A DNA stretch of 53,978 bases, from the NCBI GenBank assembly GCA_964552135.1, contig CAZKHC010000001.1, forward strand, positions 1-53,978, read 5' to 3'. The translations under genes and the position numbers were made by a program. The stretch's first letter is position 1; every line of letters starts with the position of its first letter. The notes under the pieces are model-generated. The model did not search any database, had not been told where the DNA came from, and worked only from the letters and a program-made list of their open reading frames with translations. Below are positions 28,861-37,714 of the stretch, piece by piece. The DNA comes from an uncultured Algimonas sp. Lineage in GTDB: Bacteria; Pseudomonadota; Alphaproteobacteria; Caulobacterales; Maricaulaceae.

Positions 28861-30006
28861 ATGAAAAAAATAGTCCTAACATCTGCGATTCTTTTAGGAG
28901 CTTGTACTGCGTCCACCGATCTTTCCACGCCTGAGGTTGTTACAGACCCCGTTAAGGCTAGCGCTGTGGGAACGGATAAAAAAGCTGAGCAGACTGTAAA
29001 TCCAGTCGCCTCAGAGCAAGTTATGTCAGAAGATGATAAAAGCCGCGCTAAGGCTTACGCGCAAATTTTAGACCGTGATTTCCGGCGGATGATGGAGTGG
29101 TTTCCCGGAGAGTATGACAATATGGAGCAGGTCTATTTTAATGAGAACTTAAAGATACCTGAGGATGAGCGGCATGAACGGATTCATCATGTCTTTACGC
29201 ACGTAGATTTGCCAAACTTTCCCGGAGAGACATTTTACATAGAGCAATATCGCGGAACGGACCCGGAGGACGTTTATCGCCAGCGCATTTATAGTTTTGA
29301 ACCGGATAATGAAGAGAATGCTATCCGCCTTACAATCTATATTCCCAAAGATGCTGCGCCTCTTAAAGGAGCTTATAAAGATCTGTCAAAACTGGACGGC
29401 TTAACACCAGCAGGGTTTACGACCTATGATGGCTGCGAAGTCTATTGGCGTTATGGCAATGGCAATTATCATGGTACAATGAAAGAGGGCGCTTGCCGCG
29501 TTGAGAGCAAACGGTCGGGCAAAACGCTTTTGATTACGGATGATTTACAACTGTCACCGGATTCGATTTGGATACGAGATGAAGCCGTCGATACAGACGG
29601 TAATTATATTTACGGGAATAAAGCCCGTATCCACCACAAGAATAATCGCGCCACGGGGTTTAACTGTTGGGTATCTCCGCGCAAGAAGGACGGCGAATAT
29701 TCCTTCATAAATAATTTGCGCATTCATGATGGAGGGGGGTGGATTAGGCTGGAATCTGAAGATTATGAATATGAAAAAATTGGCCTGCGCATGCGTAATG
29801 TCGTTTGGCCTATGGGGAATAACCGTCCGTCACGCGTGTTATATGCTTATCGGGATGGCGATGAAGAAAATGCCGTGTCTTATGCGTGGACCTCTCCCGA
29901 TGAGCCGCGCATCGGGATTAACTTTCGCTGGGTGCAAGCGAGCTGCACGGAAGGCGCGGCGACAGTTAAACCAGGTATAAATTTAAAAACAGGAAGTGGA
30001 AATTAA
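28861..30006 (+). CDS. CpcT/CpeT family chromophore-lyase-like lipoprotein with extra C-terminal domain
   Basis: Lipobox LLGAC. WFPGEYDNMEQ, FYIEQY, YRQRIY, GCEVYW, ACRV and WIRD resemble T-type bilin lyase motifs. Confidence 0.78.
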   Translation: MKKIVLTSAILLGACTASTDLSTPEVVTDPVKASAVGTDKKAEQTVNPVASEQVMSEDDKSRAKAYAQILDRDFRRMMEWFPGEYDNMEQVYFNENLKIPEDERHERIHHVFTHVDLPNFPGETFYIEQYRGTDPEDVYRQRIYSFEPDNEENAIRLTIYIPKDAAPLKGAYKDLSKLDGLTPAGFTTYDGCEVYWRYGNGNYHGTMKEGACRVESKRSGKTLLITDDLQLSPDSIWIRDEAVDTDGNYIYGNKARIHHKNNRATGFNCWVSPRKKDGEYSFINNLRIHDGGGWIRLESEDYEYEKIGLRMRNVVWPMGNNRPSRVLYAYRDGDEENAVSYAWTSPDEPRIGINFRWVQASCTEGAATVKPGINLKTGSGN

Positions 30007-30007
30007 C

Positions 30008-30901
30008 ATGAAAAAACTCCTAACCTTTATTGCTGGTAGCGCGATCACTATGGCGAGCTGTTCCGCTGCGAACAGTCAGACAAACTTTGATTTAGACACC
30101 GCCGAAGGCGCACATAAAGCTATGCGTAAAGTTCAGTGCTCACTCAAAGATAATGAGCCGGTGACTTATTACTGGTTGGGTACGGCCTTTTCTCGACGTA
30201 TGGGTGAGCGCGATAAGGTCCTTTTCGATGTCGAAGGGATGAATGTTCGTGCCTGTTCAACCATTTCTGACCCCAAGCGCGGAACAGGCTATCATCTCGT
30301 AACCCGTGAAATCTTATTATATAAAGATGCTAAAACAGGTGACGTATTAAAAACATGGGAAAACCCTTGGACAGGTGAGGAAGTCGACGTTCTTCATGTG
30401 GCAAATGATCCGGTTAATTCCAAAGGCTATGTTAATGGCCGTGATGGCAAGCCCGGTAAATTTGCCGGCGATATTATCGGAGATAAATGGCAAATGAATT
30501 TCACTATTCCGCTATTCTATCCCAATCCGCTCGCAAGTGAATATCAAAAAGAAATTGGCGGAACCTATCACGCGACCGAAATGTTTAATTTTCTCGGAGA
30601 TGTCGGAGATCTAACGGATATGTCCAAAAATACAGCGGATGTTCAAATTGGCTGGGCCCGTATGTCAGACTGGCTGCCTTGGATGAATATGCAGGGTCGA
30701 GACGGAATTATTTATATGCATACAGCCGGCCGAAAGATGGACAGTTGGGACGCTATGCCAAAAGCGTTTAAGGATGATATTAAGAAATATTATCCAGATT
30801 ATGTTGCGCCGCCGCCAGCAGGTGATCCGCGTAAAAATATGACCAGCTGGAAGTATTATAAAGAAGTCAAAGAAGGTAAAATTGAAGTGCCGAAACGATA
30901 G
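30008..30901 (+). CDS. DUF1838 family exported protein
   Basis: Signal peptide or lipobox (MASC). Motifs LFDVEGMNVRAC, REILLYKD, WENPWTGE, HVANDPVN, YHATEMF and WLPWM. Confidence 0.75.
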   Translation: MKKLLTFIAGSAITMASCSAANSQTNFDLDTAEGAHKAMRKVQCSLKDNEPVTYYWLGTAFSRRMGERDKVLFDVEGMNVRACSTISDPKRGTGYHLVTREILLYKDAKTGDVLKTWENPWTGEEVDVLHVANDPVNSKGYVNGRDGKPGKFAGDIIGDKWQMNFTIPLFYPNPLASEYQKEIGGTYHATEMFNFLGDVGDLTDMSKNTADVQIGWARMSDWLPWMNMQGRDGIIYMHTAGRKMDSWDAMPKAFKDDIKKYYPDYVAPPPAGDPRKNMTSWKYYKEVKEGKIEVPKR

Positions 30902-30905
30902 GTAT

Positions 30906-30936
30906 AATAAAAGCCTTTATATGCGGGGCTTTTATT
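30906..30936. terminator. Putative bidirectional intrinsic terminator
   Basis: AATAAAAGCC-N11-GGCTTTTATT inverted repeat between convergent genes. Confidence 0.6.
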
Positions 30937-30943
30937 TGGATCA

Positions 30944-31441
30944 TTATTCGTAACTTTTCCAGTCATCACTGATTTTACGCTCATTCACTAATGTGCGTGA
31001 AAACAATTCGTCATTTTTGAACCAATGCCATGTCCGGGCGCGTTTCGTTCCGCAATCTGAAATTTGGATCATTTCATAGAGATAAAGATCCGGGTCACCT
31101 GTGCGTGTCCAATTTAGAACTGTTGTGCGATTATGGGTATCGAGCGTCATATCTGCAGCCCAACCTTGAATATGTTCATTGTCCCAATAGAGGCGTCCAT
31201 CTTTTACATCTGCAGGGAAATCTCGAATTTCTGAACGGCCATCGTCCCATGTATAGAAATTTGTTTGGTGATAAAGATAATCGCCGCTGTCTGGAAAACG
31301 GCAAAGAAGGCGAGATTTATGCTCATCAGTTTTATTACCTTCTGCATCGTAATGACGATACATACCGTCCCATACGCCTTCATGTCTCGCGAGTACTGGG
31401 TGTAAGGTTTTTAATTCATTGACTGTTTTGGGGTTATTCAT
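30944..31441 (-). CDS. DUF3598-like beta-barrel protein
   Basis: Motifs RHEGVWDGMY, YHQTNFYTW, EMIQ and RARTWHWF. GGAG Shine-Dalgarno before ATG 31441. Confidence 0.65.
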   Translation of the reverse strand: MNNPKTVNELKTLHPVLARHEGVWDGMYRHYDAEGNKTDEHKSRLLCRFPDSGDYLYHQTNFYTWDDGRSEIRDFPADVKDGRLYWDNEHIQGWAADMTLDTHNRTTVLNWTRTGDPDLYLYEMIQISDCGTKRARTWHWFKNDELFSRTLVNERKISDDWKSYE

Positions 31442-31491
31442 TTCATTCTCCAATGTCTAAGAGATACATAGGGAACAAGTCAGCAAAGTGC

Positions 31492-31505
31492 TTGCGAATT
31501 CTCAA
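31492..31505. promoter_or_regulatory. Degenerate Crp/Fnr-type box TTGCG-AATT-CTCAA
   Basis: TTG...TCAA with correct spacing upstream of DUF3598; 7/10 match only. Confidence 0.3.
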
Positions 31506-31516
31506 GCTTACGACAA

Positions 31517-32236
31517 TTAGGCAGAGCCACGATGACGCGTGAAATCTTCACGGCCGCCCAGATTGCGAATTTTCTCGATATTTAAAATCTCACAGGAATG
31601 AGAATCTGTAAAGCTGATAATTTCAGACTTTTTTAAAGCGGAAAATGCTCGACTCACGGTCTCAATGGTCAAACCCAGAAAATCTGCAATATCCAGACGC
31701 GTCATAGGCAGGTCTATATGTTCACTTTTCTCACGTGGTCCGCTTGGTGAGAAACGCGCTTGGTTGGCCCGTAGGTAAAGCAGGAATGAAGCGACACGTT
31801 CAACAGCTGAGCGTTGTCCAATTGTATAAACATGATCATGTGCGCTTTCCAAAATGCGGGTTAAAATTTTATGGAATTGCGCAGCGAAGGCTGAGGAGGA
31901 AATCAAGGCTTTATCCAGCGCCGCTCGCGGGTAAGAAATCGCAATCACAGGCGTAAGAGCCGTTGCGAGGTTAGGATAGCTGGGCGTTGAAGCCGCCCCT
32001 AAAAATTGCCGCGCGCTTAGGAAAGATAGTATTTGCCGCCGTCCGTCGCGGCCATTTCGGGACAGCACCACCGTACCATCCAATAAATCATAAACGAAGT
32101 CTGAAGATTCGCCTTCTGTTATGAGGTTTTCCCCCGCCGAGAAATGGCGTTCTCGCCCTTCGGCAAAAAGATAGTCTAATTCAGAAGTAAATAATCCATC
32201 GGCCATCTCGGCCATGTGTCCACGTCGTCCAGTCAT
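31517..32236 (-). CDS. Crp/Fnr family transcriptional regulator (FixK-like HTH, no Fe-S cysteines)
   Basis: Motifs DGRRQILSF, ERVASFLL and LPMTRLDIADFLGLTIETVSR. Start may be 32215. Confidence 0.92.
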   Translation of the reverse strand: MTGRRGHMAEMADGLFTSELDYLFAEGRERHFSAGENLITEGESSDFVYDLLDGTVVLSRNGRDGRRQILSFLSARQFLGAASTPSYPNLATALTPVIAISYPRAALDKALISSSAFAAQFHKILTRILESAHDHVYTIGQRSAVERVASFLLYLRANQARFSPSGPREKSEHIDLPMTRLDIADFLGLTIETVSRAFSALKKSEIISFTDSHSCEILNIEKIRNLGGREDFTRHRGSA

Positions 32237-32256
32237 AGAGAGTATCTATAATGCTT

Positions 32257-33663
32257 TCAAACATCCAGCAAGTGAAAGGCGGCATTTTCGCCGGATTCCA
32301 TTGCGCCTTCCATTCCCGTATGTAGCCGGCTTAAATGCTCTCCCGCAAAGACTAATCTCGAATGCGGCGCACCCATAATTTCCGCCCATTGCTTAATTTG
32401 ACCTGGCGCCCAGTGCATATAGGCACCGCCAGCTAAAGGGTTGGATGTCGTCCAGTCCTGAACAGCAAGAATATCGAATTTCCCTTCACTTGCGGGACGT
32501 ATAGTGTTCATATAGGCGCTGACGCGCTTCGCAATTTTGGAGCGATCTTCCCAGACAGCGTGCCCTGCGCCGTGTCCGTTAATCCAAACGCGAAATAATC
32601 CATTGGGTTCAGCGTTGCTGTTTCTGTTGGCAAAAATGCGTTCAACGGGTAAATCTGTCCACATATCAAGCGCCAGACCATCTTCTTCCCAAAACGGTTT
32701 TTGAGCGTTCAAATGGATTTGCAAAATTTGCGTATAGGGCAGGTTTTTAATGGCGGTGCTTTGCTCTGCCGGCATAAAGGCCTTGATGGCAATATGCCTC
32801 AAAGCACCAAAGGGCAGGGCGCAGATGCAATGCGCGGCGCGATAGGTCTTTCCGCCCGCCGTCTCGACTATGACTCTGCTTTTTTCTGCCGTAATTATCT
32901 TAATCATCTGCCCGGTTTTAACTTTACGCGGGAGTGAGAGGGCCATGGCTTCGGGCAGGCGTTGTGCCCCACCTAAGACAGACATAGAACTGCCCATATC
33001 TCGCGATTGAGCAAATAATTGCAGTGTTCTGTATAGATTCATCATGGAATAATTTCGCAGACTATTACCATTTAGGGCTTGGTCGACGACTTTCTGTGCG
33101 TCGCTGTCAAATCCGGCTTCAAGCAGGAAATCCTGCGCTGATATATCATATTTAGCAAAACTTGGATTATACCAGTCTTCCGCAGACATCAGGGGGTTGT
33201 TTTTGCTCGCAAGACTAAAAAGCGGCCCTGACGGGCTGCTACCTTCAAAGGGCGGAGGGAAATGTGGGTTTTCGAGAGTTTTCCACTCAGCGGCTGTATA
33301 GGTATGGTCTTTATAATAATAACTTGTGCTACGTCGCGTGGGGCTGTCGGGGATTAAAGTGACATTGAGCTGGCGCGCCGTGTCAATCAACCTGGCGTAA
33401 CTCGCACCAATTTGTTCACCCCCGCCTTCTGTATAGCCAAGCTCACCATGATCTAAAGTATGAAGGCGCCCTCCGATGCGTGACGAGCCTTCCAATACGA
33501 GCACATCTTTGCCTTCAGATACTAAAAGCCGCGCGGCATGAAGGCCCGCCAGTCCAGCCCCTAGTACAATGACATCAGCATCTAACTTGGCTGTTGATGC
33601 CCGGCAAGCTGGAAGAGCCACTAACCCGCCCAGAACCAGCCGTCTGTTCACTTTAAGTGTCAT
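32257..33663 (-). CDS. Flavin monoamine oxidase family protein, Tat lipoprotein
   Basis: VNRRLVLGGLVALPAC signal, GAGLAG, RIGGRLHT, FAGEH and MEGAMESG. Confidence 0.88.
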   Translation of the reverse strand: MTLKVNRRLVLGGLVALPACRASTAKLDADVIVLGAGLAGLHAARLLVSEGKDVLVLEGSSRIGGRLHTLDHGELGYTEGGGEQIGASYARLIDTARQLNVTLIPDSPTRRSTSYYYKDHTYTAAEWKTLENPHFPPPFEGSSPSGPLFSLASKNNPLMSAEDWYNPSFAKYDISAQDFLLEAGFDSDAQKVVDQALNGNSLRNYSMMNLYRTLQLFAQSRDMGSSMSVLGGAQRLPEAMALSLPRKVKTGQMIKIITAEKSRVIVETAGGKTYRAAHCICALPFGALRHIAIKAFMPAEQSTAIKNLPYTQILQIHLNAQKPFWEEDGLALDMWTDLPVERIFANRNSNAEPNGLFRVWINGHGAGHAVWEDRSKIAKRVSAYMNTIRPASEGKFDILAVQDWTTSNPLAGGAYMHWAPGQIKQWAEIMGAPHSRLVFAGEHLSRLHTGMEGAMESGENAAFHLLDV

Positions 33664-33686
33664 TTCTTCGGTCCCCATCATGCCTA

Positions 33687-33700
33687 TTGTCATAGGTCAA
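33687..33700. promoter_or_regulatory. Crp/Fnr-type box TTGTC-ATAG-GTCAA
   Basis: 9/10 match in the divergent oxidase/MFS region. Confidence 0.5.
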
Positions 33701-33765
33701 ATATTTCTCCTCGCCATCGGTCAAGCATAGCCTTATTAAGGATAAAAACACAAAGCGGGAATTAG

Positions 33766-35178
33766 ATGTCTGAGATAACGCAAACAGGTTCCGGTGAATG
33801 GGCTAAGGGCTGGCCAATCGTATTAGCGTCTTTGGTCGGCATTATGTTGTGTTTGTCTCCATTACCATATTGGGCCCTTAACGTTATTGGTGAGGAACTC
33901 GCTAAAGAGTTTGGCTGGGACAGAAAGACGATTTCAGCAGGTTATTTATATATGACGGCAGGCGTTTTAGTCAGCGCCCCTATTGCGGGCATGTTGGTTG
34001 ATAGGATTGGCGCTCGAAAAGTGCTTTTACCGTCCATAATAGCGCTTGCATTAGGGACGATGGCTTTTGCATTGATGACACCTGACCCGCGCGTGTTTTA
34101 TTTTATCTTTTTTGTCACGGCCGTCTTAGGCACGGGAACTTTGCCAATTACTTGGACGAAAGCGATTGTAAATAATTTTGATAAACATCGAGGGTTGGCG
34201 CTGGGCATAGCGTTGACAGGGACGGGGTTATTTGGGTTTATTGCTGTGCCATCTATTCAGTTTATGATAGATAATTTCGGCTGGCGAATAGCTTATGTGA
34301 GTGTTGGCATGTTGCCTTTGATTCTTTCTTTACCTATCGCATTTCTATTATTTCGAGATGAAAAAGAAGAGAAAGCCTTAGCGTCAGTAGACGGCACAGG
34401 TATTGGAAAAACACTTATGATGGGCGGCGCTTTCGCAATCGCGCTTTTCGTCTCTATGCAGATTGTTACCAGTTTGGGCGGGTTTATAGGCGTTATAGCT
34501 CTGATGGCGGCTTTCCTTATCGCATATTTGGTTTTGGTGTTCATCCGGTCTGATAATAACACATCTGAGCTCAATGGGTTTGGTGTACAAGACACGTTTA
34601 AGGATTACCGGTTTTGGATTATGCTGTTTTCCTTTTTACTTCTTGGCGGCGTGATTTCAGGAATTATTGCCAACTCTAAATTTATTCTGCTGGATAAAGG
34701 CTACACGCCTCAAGATTCAACGAATTTGCTTATTGGTGTTGGGGTTATTGGCTTATCTACCTTGGCGGGGCGCCTCTTGGGAGGTTGGCTTGTCGATCAT
34801 TTTTGGGCCCCGATGATTGCCTTTGTTTTTATGAGCATTCCAGCCGTAGGATGTTTAATCCTAGCAGGTGATATGGGTGTTGGTATGAATGTCTTGGCCC
34901 TTGTTTTGCTAGGTTTAGCGGCAGGCGTGGAATTTGACTTGATGGCGTATTTTGTATCCCGCTATTTCGGTATGCGGTCTTATTCTCTCATATATGGCCT
35001 TATCTATGCGGCCTTTGGTTTAGGGGCAGGCACATCGCCCATCATTTTCAATATATTACGCGGCGGTGATGCTGATTATGCAAATGTCTTGAAAATCTTC
35101 GCGATTGGTTTTGTTATAGGCGCAGTTTTACTACTGTCTTTGGGGAAATATCGCGATTTTAATGAGACTACTCTTTAG
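33766..35178 (+). CDS. MFS transporter
   Basis: Motifs GMLVDRIGARKV, FDKHRGLALG and YFVSRYFG; extra hydrophobic segments in the central loop. Confidence 0.88.
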   Translation: MSEITQTGSGEWAKGWPIVLASLVGIMLCLSPLPYWALNVIGEELAKEFGWDRKTISAGYLYMTAGVLVSAPIAGMLVDRIGARKVLLPSIIALALGTMAFALMTPDPRVFYFIFFVTAVLGTGTLPITWTKAIVNNFDKHRGLALGIALTGTGLFGFIAVPSIQFMIDNFGWRIAYVSVGMLPLILSLPIAFLLFRDEKEEKALASVDGTGIGKTLMMGGAFAIALFVSMQIVTSLGGFIGVIALMAAFLIAYLVLVFIRSDNNTSELNGFGVQDTFKDYRFWIMLFSFLLLGGVISGIIANSKFILLDKGYTPQDSTNLLIGVGVIGLSTLAGRLLGGWLVDHFWAPMIAFVFMSIPAVGCLILAGDMGVGMNVLALVLLGLAAGVEFDLMAYFVSRYFGMRSYSLIYGLIYAAFGLGAGTSPIIFNILRGGDADYANVLKIFAIGFVIGAVLLLSLGKYRDFNETTL

Positions 35179-35263
35179 AGTTTTACAATTTAAGGCACTC
35201 AAGAAGATCATCTAAAGCGTCACGATCAAACACCATGTCAATTTTAATAACGCATTTCCGCCG

Positions 35264-35749
35264 TAATCCCAAGCGTCTGAGGGCAACGCGGGCAAGGCCG
35301 ACTTGTTTGATAGATATTTTGACTCCGTGAATTGCCGCTGCGTGGGTTACGACTATATGGATATAAGAATTATCTGCGGATAGCGTGGCGGGGCTTGCAC
35401 CTTCATTCGTCCTCATTTTTCCATACTCTAGTATTTTTATTCTTGTGATATTCGGGATTTTGAGATCACCAAGATGTTTCCGTAGTGTTCTCAGAGCGAA
35501 ATCCTTTGAACGGCCAAGTGGTTTTCAGACCTAAATCATATCACCATTATGTTGATCGATGAGCTGGCCAAATGTGTTGAAATTGGTGACTTTGGGAGCA
35601 TTGATCGTATGACCTTGATCAGTACGACGGTCTGCTTCAAAAGACCAAGACATAGCATCGCCTTACGTCGAAAGGTTTTCGACGCATATTGACCCTTACG
35701 CCGAACTTGCGCGGTAGTTCCCAGATTTAAATTTTGTTATAGTTGCCAT
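35264..35749 (-). pseudogene. Degraded, truncated dusA-associated tyrosine integrase (N-terminal part)
   Basis: Read across frameshifts and stops: MATITKFKSGNYRA/VRRKGQYASKTFRR/DAMSW...TFGQLID...RSKDFALRTLRKHLG.../MRTNEGASPATLSAD..YIHIVVTHAAAIHG...LARVALRRLGL. Divergent from dusA. Confidence 0.78.
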
Positions 35750-35860
35750 AATGTGTGCGTTTTATGTGCAGTGCCAAAGAGTAGGGGTGGTAAATGGCGA
35801 TATTTTGCGGTAATTTGCGGTAATTCCCTTCCGTTGTAAGTGACTGATACATAGCAAAAA

Positions 35861-36853
35861 ATGCATAAAAAACAAGATCTTAAGATTAGTGTTGCGCCTA
35901 TGATGGATTGGACGGACCGGCATTGCCGTTGGTTCCATCGGCAGCTTTCTGCACATGTGCATCTTTATACGGAAATGGTGGTTGCCGACGCTGTTATTCA
36001 TGGACCACGGGATCGTCTACTTGGCTTTGACGATATTGAGCATCCAGTGGCTCTGCAAATTGGCGGAAGCGACCCAGAGAAACTCGCGCAAGCGACAGAG
36101 ATCGGTGCGGATTATGGCTATGACGAAATCAATCTCAATGTCGGCTGTCCCTCAGATCGCGTTCAAGCTGGGCGATTTGGGGCTTGCCTCATGGCAGAGC
36201 CCGAACTAGTGGCAGAATGTTTTAAGGCCATGGAAAATGCATCGGACGCAAAGGTGACAGTGAAATGTCGTCTTGGGATTGATGATCAAAACCTCGATGA
36301 GACCTTACCAAATTTCATCGAGACTGTTGCGGAAGCGGGCTGCCCAATTTTTATTATTCACGCGCGCAAGGCTTGGCTGAAAGGCTTGTCGCCCAAGGAC
36401 AACCGGACAATCCCGCCAGTTGATTATAATCTCGTGCATGGGATGAAACAGCGCTATCCGGAGCTCGAGATTATCGTAAACGGGCAGGTTAGGGACGCGG
36501 CTCATGCGGATATGATTATGGACGGCAAATTAGACGGGGTGATGTTCGGCCGCGCGGCATATAATACCCCGTGGATTTTGACCGAAGTTGATCGGGCTTG
36601 GTTCGGCGAGGCGGCCTTTGCACCCTCGCGGCTAGAGATAGCAGAGCGATTGATTGGTTACGCAGAAAATATTGAGGAAATAGATCGTTCAACCAAGGCG
36701 CTCATTCGTCATGTCATGGGACTATTCGCGGGTCAGGCGGGCGCACGTCTCTGGCGGAGGACGTTGTCTGAAGGATTAGGGCAGAAACTAACCCCGTCGA
36801 AAATATTGCGCAGCGGCATTGCTGAAATGCAGCAATTCAGAAATGCCGCATAG
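35861..36853 (+). CDS. dusA: tRNA dihydrouridine(20/20a) synthase
   Basis: Motifs SVAPMMDWTDRHCR, NLNVGCPSDRVQ and HARKAWLKGLSPKDNR. Confidence 0.95.
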   Translation: MHKKQDLKISVAPMMDWTDRHCRWFHRQLSAHVHLYTEMVVADAVIHGPRDRLLGFDDIEHPVALQIGGSDPEKLAQATEIGADYGYDEINLNVGCPSDRVQAGRFGACLMAEPELVAECFKAMENASDAKVTVKCRLGIDDQNLDETLPNFIETVAEAGCPIFIIHARKAWLKGLSPKDNRTIPPVDYNLVHGMKQRYPELEIIVNGQVRDAAHADMIMDGKLDGVMFGRAAYNTPWILTEVDRAWFGEAAFAPSRLEIAERLIGYAENIEEIDRSTKALIRHVMGLFAGQAGARLWRRTLSEGLGQKLTPSKILRSGIAEMQQFRNAA

Positions 36854-37702
36854 ATGGAATTAGTGGCTCAAAATTGGCCGCTTATTCTCGCTCTTCTGGC
36901 GGTAGGCGGCGTTGCGGGATTGACGGCGGGATTATTCGGAATTGGCGGTGGCGCCGTCATGGTTCCTGCGCTTTTATTTGCGTTTACCAAATTGGGTGTC
37001 TCACCGGATGTTGTGATGCACTGTGCAGTGGCGACCAGTGCGGCGGTTATCATTCTGAATGCCGCTCGTTCGACCCATTCACATCATGCGAAAGGCGCGG
37101 TGGATATGTCGCTGGTCTGGCCGCGTCCAAATTGGTGGCAAAGTATTGGGTTATGGATTGGGGTTGGCGCTTTTATCGCCGCGCTCTGGATAGCGCCAAA
37201 GCTATCGAGCGACGTTTTAACTCTGCTTTTTGCCATTATTACACTTTTAGTGTCGCTACAATTTATCCTGGGGAAGCCGAGCTTTATTTTGCGCAAATCC
37301 GTCCCCGGCGGACCTGGACCGGCGCTGATAGGGGGAAGTATTGGCGGGTTGTCATCTTTGATGGGCATCGGCGGTGGATCGCTGTCTGTGCCTTTGCTGA
37401 CCCTTTGCGGCGTTCCTATTCATCGCGCCATAGGCACAGCCGCAGCCTTTGGCCTATTCATTGCGGTGCCCGCCACCGTCGGGTTTATCATAAGTGGATT
37501 AGGCGTTGCGGGACGCCCCTTTGGATCGCTTGGTTATGTAAACGGATTAGGTTTTGCTCTTATTACCATTGCAGCTTGGCCCATGGTGCCAATCGGTGCA
37601 AAGCTCGCGCATAAAATGGACGCCGTAATGTTGCGGCGCGTATTTGGGATTTGCCTTGCTCTCGTAGCGCTTAACATGGCCCGAAAAGTTGGCCTGTTTT
37701 AG
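36854..37702 (+). CDS. Sulfite exporter TauE/SafE family membrane protein
   Basis: Repeated motif AGLFGIGGG ... SSLMGIGGG. Confidence 0.9.
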   Translation: MELVAQNWPLILALLAVGGVAGLTAGLFGIGGGAVMVPALLFAFTKLGVSPDVVMHCAVATSAAVIILNAARSTHSHHAKGAVDMSLVWPRPNWWQSIGLWIGVGAFIAALWIAPKLSSDVLTLLFAIITLLVSLQFILGKPSFILRKSVPGGPGPALIGGSIGGLSSLMGIGGGSLSVPLLTLCGVPIHRAIGTAAAFGLFIAVPATVGFIISGLGVAGRPFGSLGYVNGLGFALITIAAWPMVPIGAKLAHKMDAVMLRRVFGICLALVALNMARKVGLF

Positions 37703-37714
37703 CGGCGCAGCAGC

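Noticed and set aside
28861-30006. CpcT as evidence of a cyanobacterial or phycobilisome locus
   Set aside because: No phycobiliprotein, linker or bilin reductase genes are present, the protein has a lipoprotein signal, and the neighbours are alphaproteobacterial-type.
35183-35416. 77-aa ORF as an independent gene
   Set aside because: It is the last readable fragment of the decayed integrase plus an unrelated tail.
36874-37614. 246-aa alternative-frame ORF inside tauE
   Set aside because: Arg/Cys/Trp-rich shadow frame of a hydrophobic gene, with no motifs.
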